DNA from: Eledone cirrhosa
Taxonomy: Eukaryota
NCBI GenBank assembly: GCA_964016885.1
Contig: OZ024749.1
Location: 25,234,001-25,298,000 of the forward strand
Length of the DNA: 64,000 bases
Direction of reading: 5' to 3'
Positions 41,720 through 56,507 of this stretch are shown one piece after another (position 1 is the stretch's first letter; each line of letters starts with the position of its first letter). A program made the translations under genes and the position numbers. Below the pieces are notes generated by a model, which was not told where the DNA came from, ran no database searches, and saw only the letters and a list, made by a program, of their open reading frames with translations.

Positions 41720-44700
41720 CGAGGTGGCGGAGGTCATGAAATCGCTCCCGTAAGTTTTGAATTTTTAACATATTTAAATCATTTGTGAAATAACAACTCT
41801 TAGTACAAATGTTACGTAAAGCACCCGGCTTGAGCCCCAAAAAATTCGGACCCAAAATATATTGTTATAAGGCTCAAATATTTAAATATTCAACTTTGTA
41901 TTGTACACTGTATATCCAAAAAAGAAAATGGTTATAAATGGAAGAAGAAACCCCCCACTCCTCCTCTCCTCTGTCTACACTATATAGAACAGCCAAACTC
42001 ACCAGCACCAGAAACTAGATACACCACCCACCTTATCACCTGTGTACACTAAACACAACAGCCAGATAACGGCAATTTCACCACCACCGCTCACTACTGC
42101 CATCATTCCCACCACTATCCCATCACCGCCGCCACCACTCCTTCACTCCTTCACTGCTTTGACCGCTACAACACCATCACTACAATAATACGATCACATC
42201 ACCACCACCACTGCCTCGGTATCGACATCACCACCACCTCTGTCTCAGTATCGCTACCGCCGCCAGTGTCCACAACTCCCAGCTGGCTGCTGCCACCACA
42301 TTATAGAATTCCTACTACTAAAAAAGAGGAAGGCATCAAAATATATAGATAGACTCAAAAGAAAAAAGGAAAAACAAACAACAAAACCAAAGCAGCACAG
42401 CAACAACAGCAAAAAAACGAGAAAAACAAACAGAGAAAAACAAAAACAAAAAAAAACAAAAACGTAAAGAAAATAAGAATGAAGAGAGAAGCAGGCGGAC
42501 GGACAGAGAAGAGGGGGGGGGGGGGAACTAAAACTAAAAAAACAAAAACTAAGTCAGACATTCGAACACTACATTACAATGAAACTTATGCTTATTCATT
42601 TTTGGGGCCCTTTCTGCCTGTGTGTTTGTTTGTTTATGTGTGTTCGTATACAGCGTGGTGATAATGCCACACAAGGGCCAAGTGGAACGGCGAATCCACA
42701 GATGGCTATGTAACCATACAATCGCCAATCTTCGATAAGAGTGTTTAAAATCGAACATAAACAGTTCGAATAACGGTGAAATGGAGACTAGAACGTCATG
42801 TGACAGACTCTCACCCAACAGGTGCCCCTGGCTCAGCAGCAGGAACCTGACTGTCAACCAAATACTGCTGATGTTGGAGGAAGAAGAAGAAGGAAAGGGG
42901 CCAGAACCAACTGGACGAAAGAATTGAATAGAACTGTTATGCAATGTTACCTGAAAAGTAACCCCAAGGAGAGGGGCTACAGGAGACGGATGCATAACAT
43001 CTGGAACGAGATTGGTCTATTTAAATTAGATGAACAAAAATTGGCCGGGCAGGCTCGGGTAATAAGAACTAATGGGTGGATAAGCGAGCTGGAACTGGAG
43101 GAACTGAGCAGAGAGAATGGCTTGGAGATGGCGGGTGTAGTATGCCAGACAAGCGAGCCAGTGGGAAATGAAGGTGAAGAGGTCCTGAGAACGGAGGAAC
43201 CACCCGAAGCAGACAATGATTTGAATACTGAGATAAATAATACCTGGAACAGAGATACGGCCACTGAGGAGATGAATGCTGACGGGCTAGGACAAGATTC
43301 GGTTGACATCCTAAATTTAGTGGTAGATGAATTGAACAATGATAGTGGGAGACCTATGAACCTAAGATTTGTAGACAGGAAAAAGTTAAAAGAAACAACA
43401 GCTAAGGTAAACAAAGTCATCCCATACCTTGAGGCGAGGAGCCTTCACCAGTGCAACAATATCCTCAAAGCAACAGCAAATACGGTGAGGAAACTAATTG
43501 GTATAAAAGCGAGAGGAAAAAACAGACAAGAAAGAGCAGAGCCGTGGTGGAAGAAACGACTGAGTGGTCAAATCGTGGAAATGAGAAATGACATAGGAAA
43601 GCTTGAGTCAATACTGAATGGGACACTAAAAAACATAGGCACTAAAAACAGACTGGAAATAAAGTACAAAACTAGGAGGAAAAAGCTAAATATTATCATA
43701 GACGAACTGAAGCAACGCATTGTAGCAAAGAGTGCAAAAATCAGGCGATACGAGAACAGAGTCAGTCAGTATAAACAGAACCGCATGTTCGACAACAACC
43801 AGAAGATGCTGTTTGGACAGCTTGAGGGGAAAGAAAGAGGCAACGACTTGATCCCTGGGGCGGAGCAAACTAAAACATTCTGGAGAGGAATATGGGAGCA
43901 GGATGTTAGACATAATGTCCAGGCAGGGTGGATTGAGACAGTACAGAGGGAGATCGGTGAGCAGGCACACCAACAAACTGATTTGAGTATCACAGTTGAA
44001 ACTCTTAAGGGGCAGGCCAAAAAACTAACCAACTGGAAATCACCAGGCCCAGATGGTGTGCAGGGGTATTGGATTAAAAATTTAACATCCCTCCACCCGA
44101 AGCTGACGGCCATGTACAATGACTGCTTGGTGTCGGGTGAGGTGCCAGAGTGGTTGACAAAAGGTACCACAGTTCTGATAATGAAAGACCGAATCAAGGG
44201 TAATGATGTTACCAACTATAGACCTATCACATGTCTGTCCGTAATGTGGAAACTGTTGACGAGCATTGTGTCTGAGGAAATCTACCATCACCTCCACACA
44301 AACAACTTGTTACCGGACGAACAGAAAGGATGCCGAAAGAAGTCACGTGGTACAAAGGACCAGTTACTTATTGATAAGATGGTAATGGGGAATTGCAGGA
44401 GGAGACACACTGATCTTGCCATGGGATGGATAGACTACAGAAAGGCATTTGACATGGTGCCTCATTCTTGGAGCACCAAAAGCCTGGAGATCTTCAGGGT
44501 GGCAGATAACATCAGACAGTTGCTGGGCAGGAGTATGGGGTCCTGGGAGACAGAGTTGACATCAACTGGAGTATCCGTGAAGATCAAGAGAGGTATCTTC
44601 CAGGGAGATAGCCTGTCCCCTCTGTTGTCTGTCCTTTCCCCTGATGCCCTTGACCATTATGCTGCGAAAAGTGAGAGCAGGATACAAGTTGGGAAAGGGA

Positions 44701-46247
44701 GAGCTTACCATCAATCACCTCCTCTTCATGGACGATCTTAAGCTCTTCGGGAAAAGTGAGAAGGAGTTGGATGTGCTTGTTGACACTGTCCGTATTTTCA
44801 GCAGTGATATATGTATGCAGTTTGGTATTAGTAAATGTGGAGTCATTGTGATGAGGAGGGGTAGGTTGAGCAGAAGTAAGGGGATCCAGATACCAACAGG
44901 TGAGATGATAAAGGAAATTGACTCTGAGGAAGGATACAAGTATTTGGGCGTTCTGGAGGCTGATGGCATAAAGAACAAAAAAATGAAGGAATTGTTAAGA
45001 ACTGAATACATTCGGAGAGTAAGGAGCGTATTGAAGTCACATCTGAACAGCAGAAATGCCATAAGCGCAGTAAATTCCCGAGCTGTGTCTATTATTACGT
45101 ACAGTGCGGGAATTCTGAGATGGAATGTTGCTGAACAAAAAGAAATGGATAGGAAGACTAGGAAGCTATTGACTATCTACAACATGTTCTACAAGAGGAG
45201 TGATGTCGATAGACTCTACCTAAGGAGATCTGAGGGTGGAAGAGGTCTTATCAGCATAGAGGACTGTGTTCAGATGGAGAAAAACAACCTATACAAATAC
45301 GTGACCTATAGTAAGGAGCCAATGCTCAGAACTGTACTGAAGGAGGGGACAGTAGGCCAGGGGATGTCCAAGGAGGAAATAACATCAAGGAGGAAGAGCA
45401 GCCTTAAGGGAAAATCCCTTCATAGTACCTTCTTTGAGAAAACTGAATTTAGAGATCCACAGACATGGAACTGGTTGAGAAGGGGAGACCTCAAAAAGGC
45501 TACAGAAGGAAGGCTAATGGCTGCGCAGGAGCAGGCCCTCAAAACGAAGTGGTTGAAGCACCATATTTACAAGGAGGAGGCTAGCCCACTGTGCAGGATC
45601 TGTGGAGAGAGAGAGGAGACTGTGGCTCACATTGTGTCCGAGTGTAAACACCTAGCCCAGACCCACTATAAGGGCTGGAGACACGATGTGATGGGCAGGG
45701 TGATCCACTGGCCCCTGTGCAAGGTAAACAATTTACCACATTCTGAGAAATGGTATGAGCATAGGCCAGAGGCGGTGATGGAGAACAATCAGGTGAAGGT
45801 GTTGTGGGATTTTAGGATACAGACGGACAAAAAACTGGAACACGATAGACCTGACCTGGTGGTTGTGGACAAAGAAAAAAGATCGTGTCTGATTGTGGAT
45901 GTGGCCTGCCCTTTCGACACGAGAGTGCAAGAGAATGAGAGGGAGAAAATTAACCGATACCAGGACCTAAAGTGGGAGGTGAAAAGGATTTGGAATTGCC
46001 ATGAAGTCAAAGTGATCACGATTGTCATAGGCGCACTGGGGACTATCTCCAAAAGTTTCCAGGGATGGTTAAAGAAAATCGGCCCCTTCACGCTTTTTGG
46101 AACGCTTCAAAAGGCATGCTTGCTTGGAACAGCAAGAACCCTCCGATACGTCCTGAATATCTGAGGCTGCAGGTAGTGGCTTGATATTCATTCCAACGGA
46201 CTTTCCAATTAACCAACATCAATGACTGAGATTCAAGGAATAACAAC

Positions 46248-46298
<51 letters not shown>
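41720..46298 (+). mobile_element. R4/Dong family A copy 3, full length, frameshifted in RT (~44575-44640)
   Basis: ORFs 42822-44741 and 44644-46164 near-identical to copy 1; (TAA)n tail. Confidence 0.92.
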
Positions 46299-46299
<1 letters not shown>

Positions 46300-49200
46300 T
46301 TAATAAATAGAACCAAAAGATAATGCACAAGACTAACATAATTCTCAAAAACATTATCATCACAAACAAACTAAACATTACTGATTTAAATCATCTCTAT
46401 TATGCATCGGCTAAAGTCACCACTCATTTATGTGGAGTGAAGATGAAAAAACAAAGGAATTCCCAGAAGAAATCTACTTGGCAAGAGAACATCAATCGCC
46501 AAATAAACCTCCTCCGATCTGACAGAAATTTTAACAAACTATAAAGTAGGTGAACATGTTAAACAAACTAAACTTAGAAAATTGAAAAGAAAGTATAGTA
46601 TAAAATCAACAAGTGACATAGACATGCTGATAGAAATAATCAAGCAAAAAGTGTCGGCCAAAGCTGCTCGTATAAGGCGCTTTGAAAAACGATCTAGATT
46701 CTATAAGGACAATAATATGTTCAAAAACAACCAAAGAAACTTCTACAGAAAAATTGGTAAGTCAACAATAACTGCTAAATCAATACCACCCAAGGAGGAA
46801 GTGCAAGAATTTTGGGAAATGATCTGGGCCGAAGAAAAAGTTCATAACATACATGCCCCATGGATAGACAAACAAATGAAAGATACAGCTCACCTTGAGG
46901 AACAAATATGGGAAAACATAACAGTTGAACAGTTGCGCTTGGCTCTAAGAAAAACCAGCAAATGGAAATCCCCAGGAAAAGAAAAAATACCAAGTTTGTG
47001 GATAAATGACTTCACAGAGTCTCATGAGCTCTTAACCCAACTTTACAATGAAATAATTAAGGAGCCAGAAAAGATACCATCATGGCTAGTTAACGGCATT
47101 ACATTCCTACTTCCGAAGAATGATGAGACAAACAATCCCCAAAATTACAGACCTATAACTTGCTTGACCACAATGTATAAAATTTTAACATCAATCCTAA
47201 CTGAATACACATATGACCACCTGATAACAAATGACCTATTTCCCATTGAGCAGAAAGGGTGGAAACGAGGCTCATATGGCTGTAAGGATCAGCTTTTGGT
47301 TAACAAAATGATACTGGAAGATTGTCATAATAGACACAAAAATCTATCAATTGCTTGGATAGATTATAAAAAAGCATTCGATAGTTTGCCACACAGTTGG
47401 ATTGAAAAATGTTTAGAGATTTTCAAAATATCCCCCGTTGTCAGGAGGTTTTTGTCATTCAGTATGAAGACATGGAAAACGACACTCCTTTTGAATAGTG
47501 AAACAAAATCACTGGAAGCTGGAGAAGTTAATATTAATTGTGGAATTTTTCAGGGTGACTCATTATCACCGCTTTTATTCTGCATCGCACTTATACCATT
47601 AAGTAAAATGTTCAATGAAACAAAACATGGATATAGAGTCTATGACAAAACCATTAATCACTTGTTCTACATGGATGACCTGAAACTATTTGCAAAAAAT
47701 GATGAACAATTGCAAGGGCTATTATCCACTGTGGAGCAGTTCAATGATGACATTAAAATGGAGTTTGGACTAGATAAATGCGCCAAAGCAACGTTCACCA
47801 GAGGAAAGCTGCTGAAGAGTTCAGACATTAATCTTGATCGGGGGAACGTGATAAGAGAACTTGATCAAGAAAAAGATCTAGGTGTTTGTGAAGGAGACGG
47901 AATCAAGCACTCGACAATGAGGGAAAGGATAAGGAAGGAATGTTACCGCAGAGTAAGAGCAATCTTAAGAACGGAATTGAATGCAAGGGATAGGATTGAT
48001 GCCATAAACACGCTTGCCATACCAGTAGTAACCTACAGTTACAATGTCATCAACTGGTCAAGCACAGAGATCCGTAGACTCGATACAAAAATTCGAAAAT
48101 TCTTAACCATGCACAGAATGCATCACCCAAAGGCAGATATAGATAGAATATATCTCCCTAGGAAAGAAGGAGGACGTGGGTTAGTCCAGTTAGACATTGC
48201 GTTGAAAACTGCAACAATTGGATTATTTACATATCTAAGGGAATCACATGATTGGATGATCAAACTCGTTTTGAAACACGAAAGCATCAAAAGATCATAT
48301 TCCATTACAAAAGATGCACAAAGATACAGTAATGGACTACAAATGTCAGAAGTCCCATTTACTGCTGAAATGGAAAACAAAGAAAAAGCAAAGCATGTAA
48401 AAGTAACTGCAAAGAAAGAACTGCTACAGAAACTGGCTAAGAAATGGCAAGAAAAGCCTCTGTATGGAAAATACCCAGTACGAGCTAACAATCCTGATGT
48501 TGACAAAACTTTAACCCATCAGTGGTTGGCATCCTCTGGACTGAAATCGGAGACTGAAGGACTGATTATATCAGCACAAGATCAGTGTCTGCCAACAAAA
48601 AATTACCAAGCCAACATAATAAAAAAATGGATGCAGCCCATTATGCCGTGTATGCAAAAAACAACCAGAGACCATTGACCATATAATTTCAATGTGCAGT
48701 CCTATAGCTCCAACCGAATACCTAAACAGGCATGACAGAGCTGCACAATACATACATTGGATAATGTGTAAGCATTTTGACCTGCCCCATCAAAAGAATT
48801 GGTGGGAGCATCAACCACCTCTCATACTTGAAAAAGATCACATCTCAATCTTGTGGAACTTTAGCATCCAAACAGACCGAAAAATCGATGCAAATAGACC
48901 TGATGTAATATTGAAGGACTTTAAAAAGAGGGTATGCCTGTTAATTGATATGTCCGTTCCAATAGACAAGAATGTATCTATAAAAACATTTGAAAAATTG
49001 AGCAAGTATAAGGACCTGGAGATAGAAATTGGAAAAATGTGGAAATTGAGAACTAAAACAATACCAGTGGCTGTAGGCGCTCTGGGAATGATACCTAAGG
49101 GGTCTAATGATTACTTATCGCAAATCCCAGGAAACCCGCGTATAGGAGAAATACAAAAGATAGTACTAATGGGAACTGCCCATATACTAAGGAAGATTCT

Positions 49201-49353
49201 GTCAATATAAGTACATCACAAGTCTAAACACTAAAGATGCATGTGTGAGTATGTATGTTCTTTCTTGAACATGGCGGACCTTGTTGTCTCTTGAGGTCAC
49301 TGGTTGTGACTTGGTGATAACTCGTATGAACATAAAGCAAGATAAATGCAACT

Positions 49354-49390
<37 letters not shown>
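46299..49390 (+). mobile_element. R4/Dong family B, 5'-truncated, frameshifted
   Basis: ORFs 46323-46544, 46582-48678, 48692-49210: NYRPITCL, DYKKAFD, GIFQGDSLSP, FYMDD, NRPD..LIDMSVP..EKLSKY; different 3' UTR; (TAA)n tail. Confidence 0.92.
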
Positions 49391-49391
<1 letters not shown>

Positions 49392-49392
49392 T

Positions 49393-50270
49393 AGAGCAGC
49401 CTTTAGGAAAAACCCCTTCATAGTACCTTCTTTGAGAGAACTGAATTTAGAGATCCACAGACATGGAACTGGTTGAAAAGAGGAGACCTTAAAAAGGCTA
49501 CAGAAGGAATGTTAATGGCTGCGCAGGAGCAGGCCCACAAAACGAAGTGGTTGAAACATCACATTTACAAGGAGAAGGCTATCCCACTGTGCAGGATCTA
49601 TGGCGAGAGAGAGGAGACTGTGGCTCACATTGTATCCGAGTGTAAACACCTAGCCCAGACTCATAATAAGGGCTGGAGACATGATGTGATGGGCAGGGTG
49701 ATCCACTGGCACCTATGCAAAGTAAACAATTTACCACATTCTGAGAAGTGGTATGAGCATAAGCCAGAGGCGGTGATAGAAAACGATCAGGTGAAGGTGC
49801 TGTGGGATTTTAGGATACAGACGGACAAGAAACTGGAACACAATAGACCTGACCTGGTGGTTTTGGACAAAGAAAAAATATCGTGCCTGATTGTGGATGT
49901 GGCCTGCCCATTCGACACGAGAGTGCAAGAGAAGGAGAGGGAGAAAATTAACCGATACCAGGACTTAATGTGGTAGGTAAAATGGATTTGGAACTGCCAT
50001 GAAGTCAAAGTGATCCCGATTGTCATAGGCGCAGTAGGGACTATCTCAAAAGTTTACAGGGATGGTTAAAGAAAATTGGCCCCTTCACGCGTTCTGGAAC
50101 GCTTCAAAAGGCATGCTTGCTGGGAACAGCAAGAACCCTCCGATACGTCCTGAATATTTGAGGCTGCAGGTAGTGGCTTGATATTCATTTCAACAAACTT
50201 TCCAGTTAACTAACATTAATGACTGAGACTCAAAGAGTAATAACAATAATAATAATAATAATAATAATAA
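49393..50270 (+). mobile_element. R4/Dong family A 3' fragment (more diverged)
   Basis: Homologous to 38096-38980; premature stop at 49976; (TAA)n tail. Confidence 0.92.
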
Positions 50271-50520
50271 TTATAATGTTTTCTTTATTAACCACAGGGG
50301 TTCACATAAAGTAGACATTAAGGACAGTACAGGACAATACAGGACGGTACAAATGGGCATTTCTGCGTGTAAAAAAACAGAGGTTGAAATAAAATAACAA
50401 AGAAAAATTCCCCAATAGGGGGGAGACTTCCAAGGGACATTTGTGGAGAAAGCCCATTAAAAGACCACAGTGGCCCTGACCACCAGGGCAAGTGCCCTCT
50501 CCCAGTTTTCCACCTTTAAT

Positions 50521-53500
50521 TTACAGACACATACTCAGAGAAGGCCCATTCATTCGGGCCATACTTGCTTCTCTCACCCATCTTTCAACAAAATGCTGGG
50601 AAGAGAGCACTTCCCTCTCTAACCTGATTTTCCTTTTCAAATGAAATTTGAAAAAGTTAATCAGGGCATCACCGAAGAGGTAAGTGCTCGTCTTCAGCCC
50701 TTTCAAACGTGTCCACCATACTATCTCTTTCGCCATGGCCACCAGACAGATAAAAACTGCCTGCCCTTCCAGGCTAAAGGAAGGGGGCGGGGCAATCCTC
50801 ACGATGGACTCAGCTGATACCTGGATAGGTCCTACACGTGACAGCAGGTGTTCGACATAAACCCACAAGTCAGCAATGCTCGGACACTGGACGAGTGCGT
50901 GCAGGACGGTTTCGTCGCCCTGCGCGCATCTCGGACATGCCCGGCTGACGGCACCTCCATGCCTGTAGAGTTTATCCCGAACTGGCAAAGCTCCTCGGTA
51001 GCACTGCCAGGCCAAGGATTTCTGGAAGTTGTCCATAGGCCCCGGCCCGAAAGTCCTTCCGAAGAGATTGGCTAGTTGATTTTCGTCGACGCCTAGAGTT
51101 TCTCCAAGTACGTCGTCGCGCTTCCCCTCCACTAATCCCCTATAGAACGCCAAGGTGGAGTTTCCACCGATCACATTGCCCGATTGGTCGAGGGCTGTGA
51201 GCGGCTGAAGACATTCCAGTCTCCAAGCGCTCCCTCTCGGTCTTCGCTTGACCCAGGACTGCAGCTCCGTCAAGGAGACGAGCTTGGGAAAAACGTGTCT
51301 TGCAAACGGCGACCACACCTGATCACCGTCGAGGAAGAGGTGGAGATGTCGTAGCCTGAGCGCGTGTCTGCACATCATCAGCCACGGCATGCGCAGCCCT
51401 CCACGTAGCGGGTGTTGACAGCAGATGGACCGCCTGACCATCGGAGCGCGTCCCTTCCAGAAGAAGCGAAAGAGCAAACGCTCCAGCGCAGTCAGGCGGG
51501 GCTTAGGACAAGGTACGACGGTCAGGCGGTAGTAGATGACGGATGCGATGTACGCATTCGCCACCTCCGCTCGACCTTTCAGGGATAGCTTCCTCTCGGC
51601 CCATTTCTGGGTGAGAGAAGCCACCCTGCTCGTCACCTCGTCCCAGTTTTTGTCCGTCTGGAGGTCTGGACCGAACCAGACCCCTAGCAATTTAACCGGT
51701 CCGTCCGTCCAGCGCCCGACGACGCTGTTGGACGGCATGGACCTGCCTCTCCAGGTGCCGAGCTGCAGGCCCACTGACTTTTCCTGGTTGATCATTGCTC
51801 CTGTCACCGCTTCGTATTCTCTTAGTGTAGTGCCGATCGCCTCGATGTGTTTGGCGTTCGACACCACTACGGTGACATCGTCGGCATATGCTGACACGGA
51901 TCTTCCGCATCCTAGTTCGCGCGGGACCCCCCTCAACGTCTCCAGTTTGTGCAGTAATGGCTCGAGAGTCAATACGTACAATAGGGACGAGAGGGGACAT
52001 CCTTGGCGGACCGAGCGCATGATGTTGAACGGTTCTGGAAGGTGACCGTTCACTCTCACTACAGAGCAGATGTCGCTGTGCATGGCAGCGATCCAGCCTC
52101 TGAAGACGGGCCCAAAGCCAGCCGCCCTCAGGACTGCCGCTAGGTAACGATGGTCGACCCTATCGAAGGCTTTCGACTGATCTAAATTGATCAAAGACCC
52201 ACCCGTGCCATGTTCCCTAGCTACCCTCTCTACGATGTATCGCATGAGGTGGAGGTTGTCGTGGATGGATCTGTCGGGAATGGCGCATGTCTGTGCCTCT
52301 CCCACCAGACCACCAACGACAAGCGCCAACCTCTTTGCTAGCACCTTGGCCAAAATCTTGAATTCTGTGTTTAGCAGTGTTATGGGCCTAAAATTATCTA
52401 TGTTATCCCCCTTGTTCGGATCCTTTCTCAGCAGCGCCACCGTTCCTCGGCTCACAGAGCTGGGAATTCTCCCGTTCTGTTGCCAGTTGCAGTAGACGTC
52501 CGCCAAGAGGCCTCCGAACAAGTTTGGCATTTGTACGTAAAGTTCATAGGGCAGACCATCCAAACCAGGCGATTTACCCCTTGTGCAACTAGTCATTGCA
52601 TCCCGTACTTCAGCGGTTGTTATCGGCTTTTCGCAACACTCCGCCTCAGTGGCCGAAAGCCGCGGCAGTCCGTCGAGGTAGACACTAAAGTCCATCCCTC
52701 TACCCGGCCCCCCGCTGCCCCCGAACAGCTGAGCGAAGTGTCGCTGAAAAGCTTCACACATTTGCCCGGGATCGAGTAGCATGCGCCCGTCGTGGTCCAC
52801 CAAAGACCGGATCGTGGCTTTGTTGCCACGATGCGCCTCCGCCGTGCTTTGCATTGAAGAATTGGTCAAGGGCCAATTTCGCCGCAAGTACGTCGGTCGC
52901 GATGCCTTTGCTAAGCGCCTCATCTAATTTTCTAACTAATTCTCCCTCTGCTCTATTTTTCTCTATTGCTAAAGTCTTACTAAACCTAATGGACTCTATT
53001 CTAATTGATCTTTTTAGAGCAAACCACCACTTGTTGTTGACGATGGCCCCCGTCAACGCCCGCTTAACTAGTTCGCTAGTACGGTCTCTGTAGGCCTTGC
53101 GCGCTGGTAAGGACGCGTTTAGCTTCCAGTAGCCGGGTCCTCGTCTATGAAGCCTATCTAAGTCAAGCACACAGATCACGAATTTGTGGTCCGTGTAGCT
53201 AACTATCTTGAATTGTGGACAGCCTATGCTAGACCTATCTATTTCCCTACAAAATACTCTATCTAGATATGATCTGGATGACCCTATGCGATTTGTCCAA
53301 GTCCACATTGGTACATTCGGGAAATCCATTCGGCACCTGTCAGACAGTTCAAAACGTCTGAGCAGGTTGGTGAGACTCTTGCACCCTCCTTCCCAATCCA
53401 CTAATCCCACACAATCCCAGCGTGCATCTAAGATCCCGTTCCAGTCGCCCACTAACACTAAAGAGCGGGACGTTCCAAGAAAGGTCTCCAGACGCCGGAA

Positions 53501-53866
53501 GAAATCAGGCCGCCCTGCTCCTGCCGGGGCATAGACGGCCACTAACCTGAAAGCTTGCCCGTCTCTGCTGGTCACGTCCAGCACCACCAACTTACCTTCT
53601 GGGTCCAGGAAGATGGCCCGTATGGCAAGATCCAAACCTCTCCGAAAAAGCACAGCAACTCCTCCCCTCGATCCCGGACGGCTGGGAGATGCGTACACAT
53701 CGTAGCCGCCGAAGATCGGTGCGAAATCCTGTGCTTCGGAGATTCAGGTCTCGCTGATGGCCACTACATCTATCTTTAGTGACCTGAGGTCGTTGAGCAG
53801 GTGGCCCTGCTTCCATGACGACCCCAAGCCACGCGCATTTATGCTGCCTATTCTGAGTGAGGTCAT
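50521..53866 (-). pseudogene. ORF2: APE endonuclease + RT + C-terminal zinc motif; stop at ~53745, frameshift at ~52830
   Basis: MTSLRIGSINARGL..ISET, LVGDWN, SYLDRVF, TDH; KSPGLDG, NFRPITLLN, LDQSKAFD, VRQGCPLS, AYADD; CPRCAQGDETVLHALVQC. Confidence 0.9.
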
Positions 53867-53909
53867 GTTGAAAAGGAGTGGAAAAGATGGGAAAGACCAC
53901 TTACCTTAC

Positions 53910-55877
53910 TTATCGTAGGGGAAGGACGGTTTTTCCATCCTTTTCACTGCTTGTGGCCTCCTCAGGAAGGATGTCCTTATAAATCCTCCTGGAGAGTGCT
54001 TGTCGGAAGTCTCCGATGTCTTTGGGGAATTTTTGTTTTAGTGTCATGTACGTTTTCTGTGTGATGCGAGTGATTTGTATGTGTGGAGGTGGTGTGAATT
54101 TTGGCGTTGTTGTGTAGTCTTTTTCTGTGATGCTGGTGTTGTGTTGGATGTAGTGTAATAATTGCTTGTTGTTCAAATGTAATGCTGTGTAGTGTGTATC
54201 GTTTTGGTTGTTTTGTTTTATTTGCGTTTGTTGTGGGTTTGTTTCTGTTTCGCATTTTGGTGACTTTTGTGGTGTAGGTGATGGTGGTGGTGGAGTTAAT
54301 GATGGTGATGCTGTTGGTGTTTGGGTTGATGGGGTTGGTGATGCTGGTGTGGATTGTGGCATATCTGTCCTAACTTTTTTGTTTCTTAGTTTATTTGTTT
54401 CCCTCTGTATTTTGCTTTTGGAGGGGGAAGGAAGACAATTTTTTCTTTTTTGGTTTCTTTTTTTTTTCGGATATCGTTTCCCACTCCTCGTCGTCACAGT
54501 CTGTCTCCAGTTGTGATAGGCCGGGGAGTGGAAAATCCTCCACAGCCGTTAGTTTTGGTTGTGGCGTGGTGGATGGTGTAGGCGCTGGTGCTAGTTCTGA
54601 AGCGTTGGGTGGTGGTGGTGTTGGTTTTGCTGGTGGTGGTGGTGGTGTTCGTTTTGCTACTGTTGCTGGGGTTGTTGATGTTATAGTTGCTTCTGTTGTT
54701 GCTGCTACAGTTGTTGCTGCCATCTCTGCTACTGGTGATGTTGATGGTTGTGTCATTGGGGTGGGTAGGAGAGGTGACCTCAACCTTTTAGCCTGAGGGC
54801 AGAAAGCCCTTAGGTGGGTTCCTTCACCACAAACGACACACCTAGGTCTTCTGCCCTCGACAATTACCGTGACGTGGCTGCCGTCAGTGAGGTCTATTAC
54901 CTCTGGGATCTCCTCAATGCTTTTTTGGTCCGCTTGGATCAGGAGCTCCATCCCAGATCCGGACCAGTTTTCCTGCTTTTCTTTTGCTATTGCTACTATT
55001 TTCGTGTTGGCTTCGATGCCGGCGAGGACGGCCGCTATTAGCCAGGGAATTTCGATGGCCGGTGGAACGTGGGTCACCCTGATCTTTACGAGTCTCTGGC
55101 CACAATAGCTTGGGACGAGTGTGAAGTCGTCACATTTTAATGGGGCCATGGAGTGTTCTCTAGCCTCCTCTGGTGTTTCGAAGAACACGTCCACGGTTCA
55201 ATACGTCTGATGTGGGTTTTTCTTGCCCACACATGTCCCAAAGCTTTTTGGATTTGGGACTCGGATGCCCGTTCCACTCGGCGCGATTTTACATTTATTG
55301 TTCTATACGACACGGTGCATAGGCGCCGATGCTCCATTTTATTAGGTGGGGGGGGGGTGAGGCTGACCCTGTACCCATCTTTCTTTACCATTTGTTTGGC
55401 ATTTTCTAAATCTTCCTGAGTTACCGTAAATGCTTCGAATTGTTTTGCTACTCTGGCGAAACTGAGGGTCGGTTTTATAATGTCATTGTTGTTGTTGTTG
55501 CTATCGTTAATATTAATTTTAGTTTCAGTTGTGGTGATGGTGACGTCAGTCGTCTTTGGTGGGGAAGAGTCCATTTTGCTTGATTTCATTTCGACATCAC
55601 GAGTTAATTTATTTTTTTCTTCTTTTGTTTCTGTTGTCGCGGTGGTGGTGGGGGTGGGGGTTGTCGCGGTGGTGGTGGTGGTGGAGGCTTTAACACCTGC
55701 AGTCATTGGTAATGGCGGGAAATGAATGTCTGCCTGAGACAAATTTAAAATATTGCTACTGCTTATATTTTTTTTTGTGTTGGCAAACGTAGTAACATTT
55801 ACAATGGTGGTGTCGGTGTGAGGTGTTATTTTGTGAGGAAGGCTTTCAGCTGCTTGTTGCAGAGATGAATTAGCCAT
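53910..55877 (-). pseudogene. ORF1 (gag-like) split by frameshifts
   Basis: Overlapping ORFs 55137-55886, 54391-55194, 53910-54497; CVVCGEGTHLRAFC knuckle; Pro/Thr-rich tail. Confidence 0.78.
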
Positions 55878-56085
55878 TTTTTTCAAAGAAATTTTTTTGA
55901 TAATAATAAAAGTTTAAATTTTGGGCACAAGGCCCCAATCTTTTTGGGTGTCCTTTTCGGAAAACAATGTATGTGCGCTTATAAACAGTTAACAATAAAA
56001 TTTTCCATAAATGACAATTTTTAACAAACGGAAATAACAAACCTTTGCGGAGCTCACGATGATACGATTTACTACGTAGGTCGCC

Positions 56086-56112
<27 letters not shown>

Positions 56113-56118
<6 letters not shown>

Positions 56119-56507
56119 CATTTGAAAAATTGAGCAAGTATAAGGACCTGGAGATAGAAATTGGAAAAATGTGGAAATTGAGAACTAAAACAATACCAGT
56201 GGTTGTAGGCGCTCTGGGAATGATACCTAAGGGGTCTAATGATTACTTATCGCAGATCCCAGGAAACCCGCGTATAGGAGAAATACAAAAGATAGTACTA
56301 ATGGGAACTGCCCATATACTAAGGAAGATTCTGTCAATATAAGTACATCACAAGTCTAAACACTAAAGATGCATGTGTGAGTATGTATGTTCTTCCTTGA
56401 ACATGGCGGACCTTGTTGTCTCTTGAGGTCACTGGTTGTGACTTGGTGATAACTCGTATGAACATAAAGCAAGATAAATGCAACTGTAATAATAATAATA
56501 ATAATAA
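56113..56507 (+). mobile_element. R4/Dong family B 3' fragment
   Basis: Near-identical to 48981-49380; ORF 56130-56342; (TAA)n on both sides. Confidence 0.92.

Larger units (their letters stand above)
50274..55900 (-). mobile_element. Tx1/L1-like two-ORF non-LTR retrotransposon, near full length, decayed
   Basis: ORF1 with CCHC knuckle; ORF2 APE-RT-Zn; 3' UTR with AATAAA (50284-50289 on minus) running into (ATT)n. Confidence 0.88.

Noticed and set aside
35503-55725. Antisense ORFs overlapping the retrotransposon ORFs
   Set aside because: Shadow frames; repeated only because the elements are near-identical.
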